DNA of 64,000 bases from Octopus sinensis (GCF_006345805.1 NC_043009.1:32860001-32924000), one strand, 5' to 3'. Shown: positions 30,820 through 45,370, counted from the first letter of the stretch. Notes: a model not told the origin generated them from the sequence alone. A program made the numbers and translations.

Positions 30820-31683
30820 TATATAAATAATTGTGTATGTGCGCGCGGCGGGGGGTGTACGTGCGTGTGTATACGTAGACACAAAGATAAGTAAATGTAT
30901 ATTGAGAGAGAGAGAGAGGATATTGAGAGAGGAAGTATATATAGGTATGAAAATATCTATATCGATATCAAACCATTTATAAATCTATCTATATTTGTAT
31001 GTATCTAAATATAAACGTATCCATCGATTAATAAGTAGTGGATAGATATTCTCTTTGTCGCCATCTTACTTTTAACTAGAGTAAATCTCTAACACTGATT
31101 AGTGTTCGATGAATATGTCTGTCTGAACTCCGGTGTTCATCTCATCATAATGTCATATCAATATCTATATTTCGGCTTCTTACATCTATCATCAATTTAC
31201 TCCTCAATGGAATACCGCGACGCAAATTCAGATTAAAAGTAATCGACAATCATCCACGTGCTCCCGGCATCTACTACAGATACCTATATCCCACGAAAGT
31301 TCTACCTTATAACTTTCAAATATACAAAGGATATATTACTTATAACAACCCCACGTAAATTGCCTGCATATAAGAGGCGTTTGGCATGGCTGGAAATCTT
31401 TGATTAAAATTTTACTCGATAAAGACTGGCTTATGATTAAACAACGTCGGCAACTCTCACTGCTGGAACGATCGTGTATGTGGTCAATCTCTTTGCTTGA
31501 AATATTAACAAAATATTCCTCAAATCTAAGTCTTCCCTTCAGAAAGGATAAAGAATCGTATTGTAAAATACAGTCTTATACACAGACACAAAGATGGTCA
31601 CGACGGGAACGCAATTTGGCAATACGAATTCTCGCATGTAGTTGTTCTAACGTCAGGTTATCTCACCGTTTTTGTAGATAGGA

Positions 31684-32092
31684 ACTCTTTTACTCTTTTA
31701 CTCTTTTACTTCTTTCAGTCATTTGATTGCGGCCATGCTGGAGCACCACCTTTAGTCGAGGAAATCGACCCCAGGACTTATTCTTTGTAAGCCTAGTACT
31801 TATTCTATCGGTCCTTTGCCGAACTGCTAAGCTACGAGGATATAAACACACCAGCATCGGTTGTCAAGCGATGTTGGAGGGACAAACACAAACACAAACA
31901 CACACACACATATATATATACATATATACGACGGGCTTCTTTCAGTTTCCGTCAACCAAATCCACTCGCAAGGCTTTGGTCGGCCCGAGGCTATAGTAGA
32001 AGACACTTGCTCAAAGGTGCCACGCAGTGGGACTGAACCCAGAACCATGTGGTTGGTAAGCAAGCTACCTACCACACAGCCACTCCTGCGCC
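31684..32092 (-). mobile_element. Full-length tRNA-derived SINE with internal (TA)/(TG) microsatellite and (GAGTAAAA)n tail
   Basis: Head GGCGCAGGAGTGGCTGTGTGGTAGGTAGCTTGCTTACC, B-box-like GGGTTCAGTCCC and tandem tail. Several other copies occur in the window. Confidence 0.9.
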
Positions 32093-32405
32093 TACGGATG
32101 CAATTTGGATGCAAATTGGTGATGATTCACACTGCACTGGTGCAAGTACACTGATGCTTTAATGTACCATCAGCGATGGTGGATCCTGCTTTATATCATC
32201 AGGTATAATTTACAGGGTATGAATTGCAGAGTGCGAGAACACGTTACAAATATCCACAAACTCAACGCCGACAGGAATCACCAGGATTACTGCAACGTTA
32301 GACAAGGATAAAATGTGTGTTTTATATTTATTATCAGGATTTGTAAAGCTATACTGCATTACTGTATTCACTGAGAAACAAACGCTTATAGATATACATG
32401 CTTCA

Positions 32406-32478
<73 letters not shown>

Positions 32479-33481
32479 TGTATGTATACATATATGCATA
32501 AATATATACATATGTGCACATATAATACATATATGTGAATGTGTATGTTTAAATAATAAATGAACATGAATATACGTATACATATGAGTAGATATATATA
32601 TGTATTTTTGTGTGAGCGAGATGAGTAGGATGAAAGAAACAGAAAGAAATAGTGTTTACATATATTCATGTAATAATTATATACATGGCTTTATCTAAGT
32701 ATGTCTGTGCTTAAATCTAAATTTCCGATTTACGTATAAAGCGTTGCTTCACATCCACAAAACACATGCATACAGACACATACAATCATTCCGCTGAGAA
32801 GAGACCGTCAAATATACAGCTAGTGTGAATACAACTTTGTCATATAAATCAACACCATTTTTTCCTGTCATCTCAGAGCCACTGCTTAGCAACTGCGCCA
32901 GAAATATGGAAGTTTGTGTACAACTGTGCACACAAACACTAAAGACATTCTTCTAAATCTTTTACCATTTCTATCCTGATATCTTTTCCATTATTTCAAT
33001 ATGTTTTCATTCCTCTATCTTTCTATCTTGTTTTTAGCACTCCTACTAATGCCACCATAACTCCTAGCACCTTCTCTTGCTCTCTGTAAACACCTGCATA
33101 TATACTGTATTTTCTTTCATCTCACTGCATATACACGCACACATCTACACACACACATATATTTATATACATACATCTATAAGTATACATGTGTGTGTGT
33201 GTATGCATTATATTATATTATATATAAATATGACTTTTTCTTTATGTTTTGCTGTGTATTCTGTTAGTCCATATAAATGTATCAACCCCAACTGTGTTTA
33301 TGTACCTGAATACCTCAATATAGAGCCATTTACATTTCTCATATTGCCCCTTTCGATGGTGTGTCCTTTGCTCTGGATAAAGCAGTCGAAATTTAAGCTT
33401 ACATTCATTTGAGCGCTACACTATGTATATATATATACAGCTAGTGTGAATACAACTTTGTCATATAAATCAACACCATTT

Positions 33482-33520
<39 letters not shown>

Positions 33521-33521
33521 A

Positions 33522-33552
<31 letters not shown>

Positions 33553-33839
33553 CTATGTATGTATGTATTATGCATGTATGTACGTAGGTACGTATGTATG
33601 TACATATGTAATGTAGTGTTGGAGGGACTCAGGTGAACTATAAATGAAAAATCTTATGGTTCAATTGCTTTGTAGCTGTGACCACTCTCTCTCTCTCTCT
33701 CTCTCTCTCTATGTTATTGTTATAAGGACTTAAGATTTTAAATGTACAGTCTTATATACATATACATATATGCATATATCAGTACGTATAACTATAGCCT
33801 CATACACACACATACACATACACACAACAATAGGCTGGT

Positions 33840-35610
33840 GACTATTCAGTATTAAACGTTTAAAAATGAGCCTACTGGTGCGTTTGGTGTCATACGTTAC
33901 AAAATCCTGAGAAGCGGTTAAGCGAAGCAAAATGTGAAAGGTGGAGTTAGGGCGCTGTGCAACCTGTTTTGCATAAATATTTCTCAGATTCTAAATGAAT
34001 GAAACCAAACACTAGTATGCTCTTTTAGACGTTTAGACTGAATAGTAACCAATATATTGAGCGTAATTTCTCTTAAGTTCACTGCAGGGTTTTAGTTTTA
34101 ATTTTATCAATAATCTCTCTTATGTATATTGCTTATATTCTGAACCTAATTGCTTTCTTCAGAAATCCATGGCATTAGAGACACATAATTTAGTCCTTTG
34201 TTTTATTTTTGATGAATGATGAATGCTGCTAATTCAACTTTATTGTTTTTGCTACGTTATGTTAAAGAAGCGATGTAGTTGTCATTTCTTTGAAAGCACA
34301 CACATGCACTTCCTGGTGAATTATTTTGGTTCAGTGATAATATGAGTTCTGCAGTTTACATTTTAGCTGTAAATGACTGACCTTGTTTCTTTTATTCCAT
34401 AATCTTTTCCCACAGAATCACTGCAAGTTTTAATCTGCAACTGAAACAGTACCAGTTTATCATATCATTGCCAAAGTTCTTCGATAGTTATTGTAAGACC
34501 AGATTTATCACCGAGTGCAAGGTTCTTCTTAACACTAACTAATGTCATAATGCTCTGTTTCCAATAAATGTCATGAATTCAAAGGCTGCATCTCTCTTAA
34601 CAGACAGTTCAATTAGGTCCAAAAACATAAAATCTCTTTAACCCTTTTATACTTCATATAGATTATTAGGGTGATCTTCGATATCAGACTCTTTGATTCA
34701 ACAATGAGAACAGATATCCTGCCATTTATCTATTTTATATATTGGCAAATTTTCATATTAAAGGCTATGATTAAATATTTCTGTAACACTAATACAGGGA
34801 TGAATTCCTGTTCTAACGCTAATAATCATAATTTTTCAAATTCAAGTAAGGCAAAATGATAACAGTATAGTCTGTCTTTCTGAACTAATTGATAGATAAG
34901 AAGTAAGGCATTCATCGTGGCGAAAATTCTTCTCACTCGTTCTATTTTCTAGTTTTATTTTCTCTAGTTCTATATTCAGTACTTGCATAGCCATTGTGGA
35001 CTCCCGATATTGTTTGACCAACAGTTCTTCAGCGGTTGATAACATGTATATCGAACGCTTTCATGATAGAGCATTTCGTACACCTGGAAATCTTAAAATT
35101 CAGAATTTGGGATCACTTACGTTTTTCACGTAATTTATCCTTAAGTTTTTCTGTCACGAATTCTACTCGGGGATATGATTCCGTTCTTTTCTTCCACAAT
35201 ATAGTCAATTCAAATATCTGAAGAGGACTAGCTTACATGTCTGTCTTCAAAACACTATAAAATTCTGAAATGGGTTTGACCAGGAAAATTTGAAATGGGA
35301 GCGAGGTGGGGGAAATAGCTTCTGTCATTTCCTGATTATGAGTCTCAGTTGAACATTATTCTCGAAAACAACGATGATTATGTTGAAGCAACAGCAACAT
35401 TTACGAAGATACTTTACATGTGTATTAGGGAGTTGTCCACACACCATCGTGCTCCATAGATGAGTTTTATAAATTAAACTGACATGGACCAAACGAGCAG
35501 AACCAGCAGCTGATCGAGTGAATGAAGATGAAAATATTCCATTATGATGCTTAGTAACTTCTTGGTTAATTTGCTCTACTGACAAACCTAATTTGCATGC
35601 AACCATAGAT
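33840..35610 (-). pseudogene. Very decayed large DNA-transposase relic, possibly Sola(3)-like DDD transposase
   Basis: 1.8 kb free of microsatellites. Stop/frameshift-broken motifs appear in a plausible order: ESVRY, SYLSISSERQTILLS, DAAFE, SVAD, SDSVGKDY, AMDF*RK (cf. DWAMKFLPRK), IGYYS (cf. SDNAGCYHS), ESEKYLCKT (cf. GKGxCDR). Motif recall only. Confidence 0.35.
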
Positions 35611-37219
35611 ATATTTTATTGTTAGTATCAATAACAGGAGATATGAGAGAATTTTCAAACGCTGAAATTTTAAGAATAAAACTGTACTAAATAAGATTTG
35701 ATGATTTGGAAATATCCTCTAGATTTGAGAGATTCATTTTAAAATGTGTTTATCGATAAGTGATAAAGTCTGTCGCCCCGTAAAAATGTATTTTAAATAT
35801 TAAACATTAAGGAAGCCTCATTTTTACATAAATTGCTTTCTTTTGTATACCAATACAAAAATTATATTTTAGACATGACACTACGCTGTTTACAGGAGTG
35901 TCAAAAGTGTGTCCTGAGGAGAAAAAGGCATCCTTGAGTATAAATATATGCGTATTTTGTCCCTGAATTTATATGAAAATGTAGATTGTAGATAGCTAAA
36001 TGTGTATGTATGTGTGTAAATGTATGCCTATAAATATACGAATGTGCATGTACACAATGGCAGAATTGATAAGAAGAAAGCAACTGAAACGGTAGAATTC
36101 AGAACTCATTTCTTTGTAATATTCTGTTCCTTTTCTTTCATTTATTGTCGGAAATCTTTAATAAAGTATTGCTGAAACTTATCAAAAATTTTGTCAGGAG
36201 ATACAGAATCTGTACAGCGATGTAACAAATTGAATTACCTCGAAATAGAAATATATCTTCTTTTGAAATAAGCTAAAGTGATTATTTCATCTGGGTAACT
36301 GTTTTGTTGTGTTCATGAATGGAACTCAGATTGCTCCTATCACAATTCGTCTTTTTTACAAATTCATAAGTTTCTTGCTAACATCGCTACATTTGCAAAT
36401 TCTTTATCTCATTTGGTTATCTTAAGTCAATATTCTACATAGCAAAGAATTGATATATTTCAGTTCGGTATGTCTGTTATAGGTCAAAAGAAAACTTATG
36501 TAAGACATAGTAATCCAAAATATATTGGTCTTTTGTGAAAGTAAAATTCCATGTTTCTCCGCTATCAATTACATCTAGATAGAATATTTTTATAATAACT
36601 AAGATATATTCACACGAAAGTATACTTGAAAACTTGTGCAATTTAAATGTTCCACTCCGCTTAGAATTTAAGTTTCTCTGAAGCACATAAAGTTTTTTTT
36701 TTCTTTTCGACTGAAAATGGTAAGTTAATGCACTACATATATTGCTGTATGTTTTCTCGTTACAACGCAGAGTAGAAAAGCTATTATGATAGTGATTAGC
36801 AAAGAACTTTAGGTAAAAACCGGTTTCGTCGAGGAACCAGCACTGACATTATATAACCTACTATATTTAATAATACATAGATACTTCTTTTATATTTTCT
36901 GTATGAATATATATGCTTCTTGTCCTCGCCATTTCTCAAACTTCCAAATACGGTAGATTCCTTGCACCGTTTGTTTTTCATATAATGAGACTGTGTCTAC
37001 TCTATAGTAACAGCTACTGTACTTTTCCAGTTTTTTTCCAGTTTTTTCCCCAGTGTTACTGTCTTACAATCGTGTATCTTTACCTTAATTAATACAATGT
37101 TAATTTCATGCAAAATCCAGTTTAATAAAATGACGTCTGTGATTAGAAGATTTTCTGACAACAACACTGGATTGTATGACACGCCAAATATTTTTTCTCC
37201 ACTGGTAACGTCCACTCAC

Positions 37220-37328
37220 TTAGAAACAGAGTCCACAGTATACACCAAACGAAAGGTTCTCAACAGTGAACCCCAAGGACGCACGTGGTACACAAGCATC
37301 CTTCTGACGGCCCACGACAGTCTTCCCG
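37220..37328 (-). CDS. Candidate internal exon, 109 nt (GRLSWAVRRMLVYHVRPWGSLLRTFRLVYTVDSVS), unknown product
   Basis: GC-richer unique island bounded by atatttacag| and AA|gtgagt. One frame (phase 1 to phase 2) is open throughout. Confidence 0.4.
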
Positions 37329-37834
37329 CTGTAAATATTATAATTTAATTCTTTTATTGGTGCAACCCACTAAAAGAATCATGCTTTCGATTTGGCCCGG
37401 ATATTGAAATGGTTCAGAACCACTGCTGTTATACTGTAGAAATTACAAACATTTTCCACAAATATTTGTCGCAGTATTTTGGGCTGGAAATATTTGTAGC
37501 AAAACTATGACTTATTGTGTTGTTAGAAGTGATTTCAAAGTTTAACTCTACGTATCAATAAATATGTTTGACTGATCGCCAATTAAACATTGTCTTTAAA
37601 TTAAAACGAAACCGTATTTCGTGTTGATGTTGCTTTTTAAGTCCGTGTTTATTATGATTTTACTTATTTTGGGGGTTCTGTTAATAGAATTTTCGTCATG
37701 TTTAGACATACACGTCAACTGTTTAAGTCAATCGAATTGGCCAACAATATTTTTCCAGTTTTGTCTATCTATATATTACTGATATATATATTTATGATCA
37801 TTTTTAAAAATAAGACTACTATGTACAATAATAG

Positions 37835-38100
37835 TTATCGCCATACTAATATGGCATTCTTATAAAAATAAGAATAAAGATGTCCGCTTATTAGCTCCAT
37901 GAGGCCATCGCCTTAAGTTAGCTATTTGATACACAAACTGTATCCATATAACCTTCGAACAAGGGAGGTCAGTCGCCCCACACTACTTGACCGGCAGCTA
38001 CAGACGCGTTTCGGGGTATTGCCCCTTTTCAATGCAGCGTAGCCAGCCAGTAGGTGTCGCTTCCGACAATCTCTGTTCGATGGTTTTATTTACCTAGTTT
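37835..38100 (-). mobile_element. Short HHR-bearing repeat (retrozyme/PLE-derived), family A
   Basis: HHR followed by TGACCTCCCTT, TAGCTAACT..GGAGCTA and a GCCATATTAGTATGGC hairpin. Same motif order and spacing as 57860-58097. Confidence 0.65.
37997..38038 (-). ncRNA. Apparently intact type I hammerhead ribozyme, U3-A8 core variant
   Basis: GCUGCA-UUGAAAA-GGGG(CAAUA)CCCC-GAAA-CGC-GUC^-UGUAGC: 6-bp stem I, 4-bp stem II, palindromic ACGCGU stem III and a GUC cleavage triplet. Confidence 0.8.
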
Positions 38101-39769
38101 CGGTATGTACAAATAAACATAAGCCCGTATAGTTACATACATAAAGACAAACATAGATATTACACACACAAATACACATAAACCCATATATGTTTGTGAA
38201 GACCAATTTGCTATCACAGTGCATTGGTTAGCTCCAAACTACAGTAGGTGACACGTGCTCAAGTTACGACATAATGGAATTCAAACCCAGTGCTCATCCA
38301 ATCAAATGTGCCTTCCTTATCAGAGAAACCGAAGTTGCAGTGTCACCTTTATTGTAGTGTACCTCTCATAAAATACTCCGCTGTTGATGTCTCAAGGCAA
38401 GATCCTCCACCCACAAATAGTAACTACGTGAATCATCATAATGCTGAGTGGTTTTCAGTCACCGAGTATTTCCAATTCTCCGTACACTAATTATTTCAAT
38501 TTAGCATCATTAGCAACATCATCAACGAAACATTTCATCACAATAATTAAAGTCATTTCCTGGTCAAAAATAATGCGTTGATCGAAACTTTTAATAGTTT
38601 TTGTAGAATATATTTCATTATTTTCCCTTTTGTGATTTTGAAAATTAGAATGATGAGTATTGGTAGAATCTTTGAAACGCCAACTGGAATTTTCCTCTGC
38701 ATTTGTTCCAACTCTCTCTCTGCTCCTCGTTCAAATGTGAACGCAGTGAACTTTGCTTTCACATTCTCGCGTCTATAAATAAGGCACCAGATTTAGTTTT
38801 CTTAACATTGCCTGTGTCTCTCTTTTTGTTTCCTTTCCTAAGCTCCCACATTTTCAGTAAGATGTTTAAATACATTTGGACACATTTTTCCCCATAAACT
38901 AAGCGTTGACTGAAAACCGACGCTATTGATATACACATGTAATGGATGGGCAGTTATAAAATGTGTAAAACATATTTTTGTAAAACTCTTTTGCCAAGAT
39001 TTTTGGAAAAGGAAACAAACTATATATACATTCATAACATATATGGTATATAAATTCCAAAACTGGAGTAAACAAAAAATAATTTTATTTACGCAAAGAA
39101 AGAAACTAAATTTATTTCCAAAAGTAATCTTTATTTATTGCATATATATTACATCTTATTTCACAACGATGATCTGGAAGAGAAGTGTACTCTGGGAAAC
39201 AGAAAAACTATACCTTGAGTATTGCTGTCATTCATATAAAATTGTTTTTAACCCTCTATCACAAATATTTGACAAACATTGGCAAATAATTATCAATTCT
39301 CAGTCAACAGTTTTGTTTTCTTCTCAGCTATCAATTCAACTGAAATATCTTGTTATCCGTTGATAATATCAAAGAAACAGTTTACAAAAGGAAGAATAAA
39401 TCTACAGAAATATAAACAAAACAAACAACAAGCCATACAGAAGTAACATTAAGGTAAGGAAAGAAAATTTAGGATAAGTTTCAAGATAGTATAATTAAAG
39501 TTGATATAAATTAATTTTCGCTAACTGTCACGCTGTAATCAGATGGAAACTCTATGAGGAATTTAGCTCTTAATACGGTTAAAAAATGTCCCTGACTGAA
39601 GTATTTCGATGTTATATAAAGTATTTAATTTCAAGCAGCTTTTTGGTGTATTTACATCAACGCCATCGTCATCGACACAAACAGGTCTGAAACTAGCAAC
39701 ATCACTACTAATATGAGTAGCATCATCATCCTCATATTTATTCATTTCTTCACAATGCTTATTATCTCC

Positions 39770-39807
39770 GTGATCATCATCATCATCAACATCATCATCT
39801 TCATCAC

Positions 39808-39852
<45 letters not shown>

Positions 39853-39990
39853 CATCATCATCATCATTGTCTTCGTCATCATCATCATCATTATCGTCTT
39901 CATCGTCATCATTATGATCACCATCATCAGCAGCAGTAGCAGCAGAATCATTACTGCAAACACCATCGTCAATAACATTGTCGTCATCAT
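39770..39990. repeat. (ATC)n degenerate trinucleotide microsatellite
   Basis: Directly visible; it produces the poly-I/poly-M ORFs. Confidence 0.95.
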
Positions 39991-42629
39991 CGGTTTAGAT
40001 TCAATATCAGCCGCTGAATTACAATTTTCTTTGTCGGATTCCGCTCTGTTTCTAGCTTTTAGGACAGGTTTCTAGCCAGCACATAACTTATTTTACATCT
40101 AATTCCAACTTCATTTATTATCTCCGTTATATACGGAGAGTACGACACTGCTTCTCATTCTCTCTCTCACTGTCTTTCTCTTCCCTCTCCCTTCTTTTGG
40201 CGGAGGCTTTAATATACAAAGACACAAGTATTAGAAAATAATTAGTCTTCACTCGAGCTGTGTCAGGATTTCCTTGTGACTAATGAGTGCTAAAACATTA
40301 AATATTGTTGAATAGAACCTGTGACAAGTGTACGGAATTCCGGGTATACAAACCTTCATGTGACGCTGTATTATCCATTAAATATTGTCTTATTTATATC
40401 CACCTTAACCATTTATTTTTCATTCTTCTTGTTTAAGATATATATGTTTTACAATAGAGAGACACTATGTATTGAATCAATATCTATATGTTAGACTTTC
40501 AGCTCTGGTCGGAAGAAATACAAATAAAGCAAACATGTGTTGAGCTACGAATGTCGAAAAATAAAATTTACGCTTTCTATCCTAGTATTTCTGCTGGTTC
40601 TGGATCTATATCACGAAATATATGTTTTTCATTACTCATGTGAATTATATCTTGTATTATAAGTAAATACATTTTACTTTCCCATTCGCATTTGCTACAA
40701 AACCCATCCAGCACTTAGGTATTGTTTACTAGACTGCGGGTAAACAAAATTACCTACATGCCTCTTAAATCTGTTTTATTTGAAAATACTCTCTTTCTGC
40801 ATATTTGTCGTCTGCAATTCAGACCAACATACATATACTGTCTTCCGTTTGCTCTTCAACTATTCCGTGTTTCACCCCGAGACACCGCGTTTAAAACGGT
40901 TTTGCACCTATTATATCTTGAAGACGGCATCTGTCTGGCAACTGGGATGGGACTATAAACACCCGTCTAAAATCCCATATTCTATCAGTTTATAGATGGC
41001 TACGAAATATTGGAGGTGGGTATGGGGAGTGGATTTGTAGATCACAACAATAATTGAGGAGGGTGGAAAGGAATCCACAAGGAAACTACCCATTGATATG
41101 ATGTAGGATATAATTTTTTTGCTGAGAGCTATATGCATGACACACACTATGCATCACAGAAGGAGAATGGAAATCTATTCGACAAGGAATTCTTATTTAA
41201 CTAATTCAGAATTACAGAGTAGTTTGTTATCCAGTTATATATACGAGCGCACGTATGTGTATGTGTACACACACGCTAGTGTATTTGTTTTGCAAGATTT
41301 TTGATGTGAAACCGTGTATTGAAAGACGTAGTCTTATTTTGGAGGATGGTCGTTTTTCTAATAAACACGCGCACTATTTTCACAAGCGCAATGGGGAGGA
41401 GAGACACAGTGAAGAGTAGATAGTCAATGAAGAGGTCACAGAATGCATGACGGAGAACCTCTGACAACTAAATTGATAAAAATGATAAAGTGTAGATCAA
41501 ATAAACAGTGTTTGTGTTTGGTGGCCAAACGACCGTCCTCAAACGTAACAATGTATATATGCATACCTTATATATTTATGCCATAGTGAATATATAAACA
41601 TACAAATGTTTATATATATGAGTGTATTTTATATTTATGCGCGCGCGTGTGTGTGTGTGTGTATGTGAGTGCGTGTACACATAATATGGATACTCTGCAC
41701 AACAGCGATCGTGTGCAGGTGATGTTTTTATGCTGGAGATTCTATAATTGCCAAAGAGACGCCAAATAACTTGCTTTTAAATAGGATCTACCATACATCT
41801 GTTTAGCATCAACACGTTCTCTTAGATATGTATATTATATTAAAATGAGTTGAAATTTCTAGTGCTTCAACAGGTTAAACTTGACATATTTCCTGTCTCC
41901 CAACTGCCATTCTACTAAATCAAAATGCTGCTTTAGCAAAGTTAATTAGCAATAACGTCGGATGCTGTGAAGTTGGCGTTTATACTGTTCGAGGCTTGTA
42001 CTTATATATTTTAAAGACCGTTTTGCCTCAATATTTCCTTCATACAAATCTGATCTTTTTTTCTCTTAACAATATTTGTTATACCACAGGGAAATATATT
42101 TTTCTGCTCTTGATTTTATGATAGGTTCCCTTCAAATGACGAAATCTATATTGTATATATCTTAGGTGAACATGGTGATGTTTATGCCCCTTATCCATAG
42201 ACCGTTGAACAGACGTGAATATTTATGGCAAAATGGTCTCGCTTCCAGCCACCCCAAAGCCAGGTTTTGTTTCTAAACTAATACCATCCAAGAATAGAAC
42301 TGCTTCCTCAGGCGGAGAGCCACATGATTATCGTATAACAAATTTCACTCACATGAATTCTAATAGAACCCGAGCTTCTACTAGATGTCACGAGCCACAT
42401 TGAGAGATTAAACTCTAAGCCATGTACTTTCCAAATGCATGTGTGCGATACACTATTACTCACTATTACTGATATATGTGTGTGTATGTGTGCATGGGTG
42501 CACACATGAATGAGTGTGTCTTTACATTATAATTTATGTATTCACATGTCCATATGAATTATATTGCGTGTTTTTCTATACTCATTTACTATAAAATTCG
42601 TTTCAGACCCACATAGTCATCTTTTGTCT

Positions 42630-42950
42630 TTAAACTTTTAATCGTTTCACTCAACGGACTGCAGCTATGCTGGGCTACCCACTTCAGGAGTTTTTGTCGA
42701 ACGAATCATTACTTACTCAATCGGTCTTTTGGCCGAACCACTAAGTTACGGGGAGAAGCATAAACTGAGACGCATACACATAAGTATGTGTATACGCACA
42801 CAGACACACTCATAAAACATACATATATAGATATATAAATACACACACAGACACACACACATACACACACGTACATATATATATATATATACATGCATAT
42901 AAGACGACATTCCTTCCGTTTCCGTCTAACGAATCCACTTGCAAAAACCT
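42630..42950 (-). mobile_element. Diverged copy of the 31684 SINE family
   Basis: TCGGTCTTTTGGCCGAACCACTAAGTTACGGGGA and TTTCCGTCTAACGAATCCACT match the family. Confidence 0.7.
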
Positions 42951-43059
42951 CTATACCCATCTTAACTGTATTTTTTCATGCGCACTACCTCTGTGGGTTT
43001 TCTCTATAACATTCAGCTCAACATACTTCTTATACACATGTTCTACACATGACTGCATT

Positions 43060-43460
43060 TGAATAACGCCTGTATGCAGAAAAGTAAGCCCAGCTGAGCG
43101 AATGATGCTATCATCAGCATAGGTGAATAAGTTCTTAAGAATGAGAATATGGAGATCGTTAATGTACTGAAGAAACAGTGAGAGACACATAGCTAAATCT
43201 TACAGCGTACCAGAGTTCTTGGAGTGATTATCAGAAAGCAGCATATCAAATGTCATTATACCACGATAATCGGACGTCAAAACACCGAACCAAGTATGTT
43301 GGTGAGGATTGTAAATGTACACCAGAGAATATTTCATTAAGGGATCGTAAGTTTCAGGTTTCATAGAAGCGTGTGACAGGTAGCGGTTGTAATGGTACAA
43401 ATTTCTAGATGCTGTGTACTTGTCTTTCTCTAAACAGGAAAATTTGATTTGCATATGTAA
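43060..43460 (-). mobile_element. CR1/L2/Jockey-type LINE RT fragment
   Basis: LFLQYINDLHILILKNLFTYADDS matches the RT LFxxYINDL...YADD motif. Upstream sequence is disrupted. Confidence 0.7.
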
Positions 43461-44000
43461 CGATGTTTACACCAATGTTAGATTCATACACATTGATACA
43501 TTAAACAACTTGTTAAGCATAATATAAATGCATGAAAGCGAATACTCAATTGAATAAGTGCATGTTTTAGCAAAATACCGAGCTTCGAACAAGGATAAAT
43601 AAGAAATGGACTTATACCCAAAGAGCACAATGCTTTTACAAAACTGCCAGAAAAAGCAAGATGTCAGGTGTCTGATGTATTTCAATTAGACAGGCACCAA
43701 CCGATATTGTTTTTAAATTTCTACCACGAAGTATAATACATTATTCCAGTGTGTTCCAGGGAAAACAGCAACGCCAGCAAAATATTAAGCAGATGACATT
43801 GAGTAAACTCATTGTAAAATTCTAGTTCATTTGTGAAACGAAATATAATGGAAACATATAAAAGTTATCCAAAATCAGTCTGTATTTTATGCATATATAT
43901 ATGGGTATATGTATATGTGAGTGTCACACACAGACACTCACACACACACACACACTCACACACACACGCACACACACACGCACACACACGCACACACACA

Positions 44001-44078
<78 letters not shown>

Positions 44079-44580
44079 ATATTATATATATATATATGGA
44101 TACATTTGTAGCAATACCTGTGCTTATGTTTGCAACAGAACGTACATATGCACATGCGTAATATATAAAACTATTAAATGTTTATTTGTTATTGGTAGTC
44201 AAGTTGGAAGCCGTATGTTAATCTCCATTTCAGAAGCTTCGGGCTGAACGCGGAATTCACAACATATTTACGCCATCAATTCCCAGCAAAACACAAATAT
44301 TACATTTCAAGCCAAATTGCTCTTAGGCGGAGACAATTTCCATGTAGGAAAGGGAATTAGGAATTACAGAATTCATTGTTATTGTCAGACTTCCTGTTTC
44401 GTACTTTAAAGTTCTTGGGACAAACTAACAGAACACTTTTTTTTCTTTTTGCATTTGCCTACAACTATGAATAGAAAGGAACAGAGATAAAGTTGCAGCG
44501 TAAACATGACGTGAACCATGAGACTGCATACATATGTGCATATGAGTGTGTACGCATGTATATATACAGATAGGCTTATA

Positions 44581-44597
44581 AATAATAATAATAATAA

Positions 44598-44667
<70 letters not shown>
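44581..44667. repeat. (TAA)n(TAG)n microsatellite
   Basis: Directly visible. Confidence 0.95.
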
Positions 44668-44668
<1 letters not shown>

Positions 44669-45310
44669 ACAAAAGAACAACAAAAATACAGGGCGCTGAA
44701 AGGAAGTATAATATTGATAGAAGTTACCTGAAAGTGGTAATGGAGGAACTGAAGCAGCGCCTCGTTGCAAAGAAAGCAAAGATGGTAAGATACGACCAAA
44801 GAATGAAGAGTTACCACCAGAATAGGTTATACAGAAAAGATCAGAAGAGATTCTATAAAGAAATAAATGGTGATGAAGAGTTGATGCCAGATAACAATGA
44901 AAGTCAAAGGTTTTGGAGTGACATCTGGAGCAAAGACAAGTTGCACAAAAAGGATTCTAAATGGCTGCAAGAAATGAAACAAACAGTAATCTGCCCCAAA
45001 CAGGCAGAACTAGTCATTTCAGATAGGGAAGTGAAGAAAATCATCAAAAAAATCAGCAACCGGACGGCCCTGGGCCAAGATAGAGTTCAAGGCTACTGGA
45101 TCAAAATATTTTGTGAATGTCATGCATGAATAACAGCGCAACTCAACACTTTGCTAAATGCCGACCAAGCAACAGCAGAGTGGTTGACATTTGGTAGGTC
45201 AGTGCTGTGCATGAAAAACATCGAAAAAGGCAATACGGTTAGACAATTACAAGCCGATCTCCTGTTTGCCACTTATGTGGAAGTTATTGACTGGAATACT
45301 CGCAGAGTCG
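44668..45310 (+). mobile_element. R4/Dong-clade non-LTR retrotransposon fragment (pre-RT region and RT start; one stop, one frameshift)
   Basis: [84 protein letters not shown]. Confidence 0.85.
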
Positions 45311-45370
45311 ATAAAATGAAATTATCATCATCATTATTATTATTATTCTTATTATTAATATTATTATTCA

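Noticed and set aside
32215-32295. Unique island with splice-like sites on both strands
   Set aside because: Readings on either strand hit stops or lack a convincing donor, and it is phase-incompatible with the other candidate exons.
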